NCBI GenBank assembly: GCA_963804645.1
Contig: CAWDRG010000019.1
Span: forward strand, 1-64,000
Length of the DNA: 64,000 bases
Source of the DNA: an uncultured Bacillota bacterium
GTDB taxonomy: Bacteria; Sysuimicrobiota; Sysuimicrobiia; Sysuimicrobiales; Segetimicrobiaceae
Direction of reading: 5' to 3'
The position numbers and the translations under genes are program-made. A model generated the notes under the pieces. The model searched no databases. It was not told where the DNA came from and saw nothing but the letters and a program-made list of their open reading frames with translations. Positions within the stretch are counted from its first letter, which is position 1. Every line of letters starts with the position of its first letter. Of this stretch, positions 60,360 to 64,000 are shown piece after piece.

Positions 60360-62435
60360 TCAATTGCTGTTCTCGCGCACTACGCGGCAGATTTCCGTCC
60401 CGTATTTCTCCGCGGTGCTCATCCCAAATCCGGGGATGGCCAGTAACTCCTGGGATGTCCGCGGGCGCACGGTGGCCAGAGCCCTCAGTGTCCGGTCGTT
60501 GAAGATTCGGAATGCTGGTACGCCACGCCGGCGAGCCTCGTGCAATCGCCAGATGCGCAACGCTGCCTCAAGGCGAGAATCCGCACCGACTTCTGCCCGA
60601 ATCCCGAGACGGCTTGGCCTTGTTGTGGTCTCACACTTCATTGCCTGGTTCCGAACCGCAGTCACAGTGGCTTTGTTCTTCCGTTTGCGCTCTGCGGATG
60701 GGCGCGCCGTGTCTTTGATGAGGAACTCGATCGGTGTCCCCTCATCCACGGCGTAGCCGGTTCGCGTGAGACGGGCGTTACGGTACGGGATGTGTTTACC
60801 GTCCTTCTCGAAGACTGCGTCCGAGATATGCAGAAGTCCCGCACGCGCCATAGCACCGAGCACTTCTTCGAATGCGTCACGGCTGAAGTCGTGGGCGGGA
60901 TACAGGTCACTGTGCAGCTTGCCCGTTGACTTCGTACCACCCGTCCGCAGCGCGCCGACTACACGCAAGAACGCCGCGCGCTCCGCCTCCGTGGCGTGTC
61001 GGAACCGCTGCGCGGCGCACTTCCCCGGAGCGCAGAAGTCGCAGGTCCCACACGGCTTCTGTCCGTCAGCGAGGTCGCCGAAGTGAGACACGAGGGCACC
61101 CATGCGGCACTGGGTGCTCTCAGCGTAGCGCATCATCTGGTCGAGCTGTGCACGTTTCTGCTGACCCTGCGCGACATACGATTCGCGCCACCGATCGTGA
61201 CCCCGGCTCACGTTCTCGGCGAAGTCCACCAGAGCGCCGCCATGAGTCCAGAGCTTCTCGAGCGCTTTGTCGAAGATCTCCTCATCCATATGGAGCTGGC
61301 GCTGGAGCGCGACTTTTTCTTGAGCCTCGACCCGGAGCAGGGCAAAGATCTGCTCCAGGACCGTAAGGTCCGGATAGTCACGCTCGTGGAAGAAATCGTG
61401 GGTGTGGCGGTCCGCGTAGGAGTGCATCAGGATCGCGCGACTGGGGTTCCCGTCACGCCCGGCGCGTCCGATTTCCTGATAGTACGCTTCGAGACTGCCC
61501 GGCAAGGCCGTGTGGATCACGGTGCGAATGTCGGCTTTGTCAATTCCCATTCCGAAGGCAATTGTGGCCACCATGACCTCGATCCGTCCGCCGAGAAACT
61601 CCTCCTGGACGCGCTGGCGGTGCTGGGCGTCGAGTCCGGCGTGATAGGCCGCAGCGGGAAAGGAGGCGGCGAGTTCGGCTGCCAGTCCTTCCGCCAGCTT
61701 GCGCGTGGGAGCATAGACGATGGCCGGCCTGCGTTCCGCCTTCTGCAGTAATCGTCCGGTGAGTTCGGCCCGGTGGGAAGGCGCGATCTCGACGACCTCG
61801 ATGGCGATGTTGTCGCGCCGGAACCCGTGAACAAACCGGGCCGGCTCGGTCAGGCCCAACTGCTCGGCGATGTCATTCTGAACGAGTGGCGTAGCCGTCG
61901 CGGTCAGCGCCATCACGGGCGCCGGACGCAGGCGGGGCAAATACTGGCCCAGCAGGCGGTAGTCCGGCCGGAAGTCATGCCCCCACTGCGAGATGCAGTG
62001 TGCTTCGTCAATGGCGATCAGAGACAGCGGTCGTTTGGCCAGCATGTCCGGAAAGCCCGCCACGCGCAGGCGCTCCGGCGCAATGAACAGGAACTGCAGC
62101 TTCCCGCCGAGATAATCAAGGCACGCCTGGCGCGAGTCGGCGCGCGGGCGGCCGGAGTGGATGCGTTCGACCGCAAAGCCTCGCGCCCTGAGTTTGGCGA
62201 CCTGATCTTCCATCAAGGCAATGAGCGGGCTGATCACCAGCGTGGTCCCGCCGCGCGCGATGCCAGGTAATTGGTAGCACAGTGACTTGCCCGACCCAGT
62301 TGGCATGACCAGCAGCACGTCCCGGCCCGCAATGGCGGAGAGGCAGACGGCTTCCTGGTTCGGCCGGAAGGAGGAGAAGCCGAACGCATCTTGCAGGAGA
62401 CTCTTCAGGTCCTGCGTTGGCGAGCGCACGGTCAT
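60360..62435 (-). CDS. recQ: RecQ-family helicase with HRDC domain
   Basis: MPTGSGKSLCYQ, DEAHCISQWGHDFRP, ATIAFGMGIDK, QEIGRAGRDG, Zn motif, HRDC. Confidence 0.93.
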   Translation of the reverse strand: MTVRSPTQDLKSLLQDAFGFSSFRPNQEAVCLSAIAGRDVLLVMPTGSGKSLCYQLPGIARGGTTLVISPLIALMEDQVAKLRARGFAVERIHSGRPRADSRQACLDYLGGKLQFLFIAPERLRVAGFPDMLAKRPLSLIAIDEAHCISQWGHDFRPDYRLLGQYLPRLRPAPVMALTATATPLVQNDIAEQLGLTEPARFVHGFRRDNIAIEVVEIAPSHRAELTGRLLQKAERRPAIVYAPTRKLAEGLAAELAASFPAAAYHAGLDAQHRQRVQEEFLGGRIEVMVATIAFGMGIDKADIRTVIHTALPGSLEAYYQEIGRAGRDGNPSRAILMHSYADRHTHDFFHERDYPDLTVLEQIFALLRVEAQEKVALQRQLHMDEEIFDKALEKLWTHGGALVDFAENVSRGHDRWRESYVAQGQQKRAQLDQMMRYAESTQCRMGALVSHFGDLADGQKPCGTCDFCAPGKCAAQRFRHATEAERAAFLRVVGALRTGGTKSTGKLHSDLYPAHDFSRDAFEEVLGAMARAGLLHISDAVFEKDGKHIPYRNARLTRTGYAVDEGTPIEFLIKDTARPSAERKRKNKATVTAVRNQAMKCETTTRPSRLGIRAEVGADSRLEAALRIWRLHEARRRGVPAFRIFNDRTLRALATVRPRTSQELLAIPGFGMSTAEKYGTEICRVVRENSN

Positions 62436-62724
62436 GGGTGTTTCTGGCGGGGCGGGGATTCACCGCCGACTTGCGGCTGCCCCCGCCGCCGGGGCTGGCG
62501 GTGTCTGTCCCACATTGTCTGACACTTCCCTTACGTAATCGTCGATCCCTGGTTTGAGGTCCCGTCTGCGCATGGTGCCGGGTGCGGCGACCGTATTGAG
62601 TCCGACGCGGAGGTTGATTTCGGGCCCACTCGGTTCGGGATGGTGACACACCTTCCCGAATCGCGGCCAATTGTCGTGTGTCGCCTGGAGTGTCTCTGGA
62701 GTCTCTACTGAAGGTACGCCTGTC

Positions 62725-62761
62725 AGCAGGGGTCGGGGTTCGAATTCCTCCGGGTGCGCCA
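62725..62761 (+). repeat. Degenerate tRNA-Arg 3'-end relic 2
   Basis: agcaggggtcggggttcgaattcctccgggtgcgcca. Confidence 0.7.
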
Positions 62762-62850
62762 GGCCAAGTAACGCAGGGGGCGCTGAGGCATCGGAGCTGC
62801 CTGATCCCCCCAAGCAGGAAATAGTTCACGCTCCCTCACCGGAAGGGAAG

Positions 62851-62880
62851 AAGCCGCGTCCGACCGTCCGACGCGGCTTC
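62851..62880. terminator. Stem-loop downstream of the cupin gene
   Basis: aagccgcgtc...gacgcggctt perfect stem. Confidence 0.5.
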
Positions 62881-62944
62881 TCGGCGTTTCGGTAGACGAA
62901 CGCGCTACGCTAGCCCCATCCGCACAATCACTGGCCGCTTTTTC

Positions 62945-63304
62945 TTACTTGGGTTTGGCGTAGTCAGTCATGCCCGTAATGTCGATCATGACGACCGGCT
63001 CGTTACCAACCACCCACGCGTCGTGGCCGGGAGGAACCACGCCCACATCCCCCGGCCCAAACTCTAGTTCCGTCCCGTCGTCCATGCGCACGCGTAGCCG
63101 ACCGGAGACATGGTACGTCGTGTGCGGAGCCTGGCAACTGTCCGTCTTGGCGATTGGCTTCACCGACTCCGACCACTTCCAGCCCGGCTCAAACGTGGCT
63201 CGCCCAAATGTAATCGTTCCAATCTTGGCAAGTTCCATCTTCCCCTTCGGAAACGCACGCTTCTCGTCAGGCGTATGCAGACTCTTGCGCTCGATTCGTG
63301 CCAT
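62945..63304 (-). CDS. Cupin domain protein
   Basis: FEPGWKWSE.VKPIA.TDSC...H, PPGHDAWVVG.EP. Confidence 0.88.
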   Translation of the reverse strand: MARIERKSLHTPDEKRAFPKGKMELAKIGTITFGRATFEPGWKWSESVKPIAKTDSCQAPHTTYHVSGRLRVRMDDGTELEFGPGDVGVVPPGHDAWVVGNEPVVMIDITGMTDYAKPK

Positions 63305-63403
63305 AGCACACCTCCATGTTGTCTCACCTGGGGACGCTGCACGTCTGCATTTCCGCATATCGCATTGAGGTCCTCTACGCCGACCGTCTGGAGTCGTCAC
63401 CGA

Positions 63404-63455
63404 GGGCGCGCCTTCCGAGCAGCGCGTCGGGGTCCGAGTCCCTCCGGTCGCGCCA
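63404..63455 (+). repeat. Degenerate tRNA-Arg 3' relic 3
   Basis: gccttccgagcagcgcgtcggggtccgagtccctccggtcgcgcca aligns from the anticodon arm to the CCA. Confidence 0.65.
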
Positions 63456-63868
63456 ATTGCTTCACCGGTAGACGGGCTGTCCGTGTCGCCAATGACCCCT
63501 GGCCCGGTACACGTCTGCACGGAGATCGATCCCAGCAGCAGCGTTACCCGAATTTCCATAGTATGCTTCGCCGGCCCCACCTCAGACGGCCGAACATCAT
63601 TTCGACATCGATCTCAGTCATCGACGAGTCTGTTTACTCGTCGAGACAGAACTTGGATGTGTAAACCTGAAGTGGCAACCCCGCTGGGACGAAAGGCCCA
63701 TGCTCCTTTAAATAGCGCTGGGCTATAGTTTCGTTGGATCGGCGGGACGCGTAAGCCGCAGAGTCTTGTCGCCGGCGTGGTCATGTCATGCAACGACACC
63801 GCAGCGATCGTCGTCCCGCATTCAGAGCCGAGATCCATGGTGGGGGGAGGTTACAGGTGCCGCGCAGC

Positions 63869-64000
63869 ATGCCCCAGACGCTGGTCGACATCATTGCCGC
63901 GCAACCCAACGACGCGGTCGCGATCGTCGGTCCGGATGGAGAGACGCTCACCTACGAGATGCTGGGACGGCGTCTCGATGCGACCGGCGCGATGCTGCGA
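63869..64000 (+). CDS. Possible AMP-binding enzyme, N-terminus (runs off window)
   Basis: MPQTLVDII...DAVAIVGPDGETLTY. Confidence 0.45.
   Translation, partial: MPQTLVDIIAAQPNDAVAIVGPDGETLTYEMLGRRLDATGAMLR

Overview
High-GC bacterial chromosome window. A core block of metabolic and transport genes (about 16.2-48.3 kb) holds MoxR-DUF58-vWA, hydantoinase/oxoprolinase, a peptide ABC system, SDRs and an acyl-CoA ligase. Two tRNA-anchored, IS-rich accessory regions flank it. The left region is a decayed island bounded by two 45-nt tRNA-Pro(TGG) 3'-half repeats. The right region has a four-level IS nest (IS1202 > IS110 > IS4 > IS110), an intact tRNA-Arg(TCT), and three degenerate tRNA-Arg 3' relics separating small gene cassettes. 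The most striking feature is two near-identical copies of an IS481-like element, each starting exactly 9 nt after the CCA of a different tRNA 3' end. Each copy carries the same 811-nt ORF-less group II intron inside its terminal inverted repeat, and the intron's EBS1 is complementary to that repeat. Protein family calls come from motif recognition only; no database search was run.
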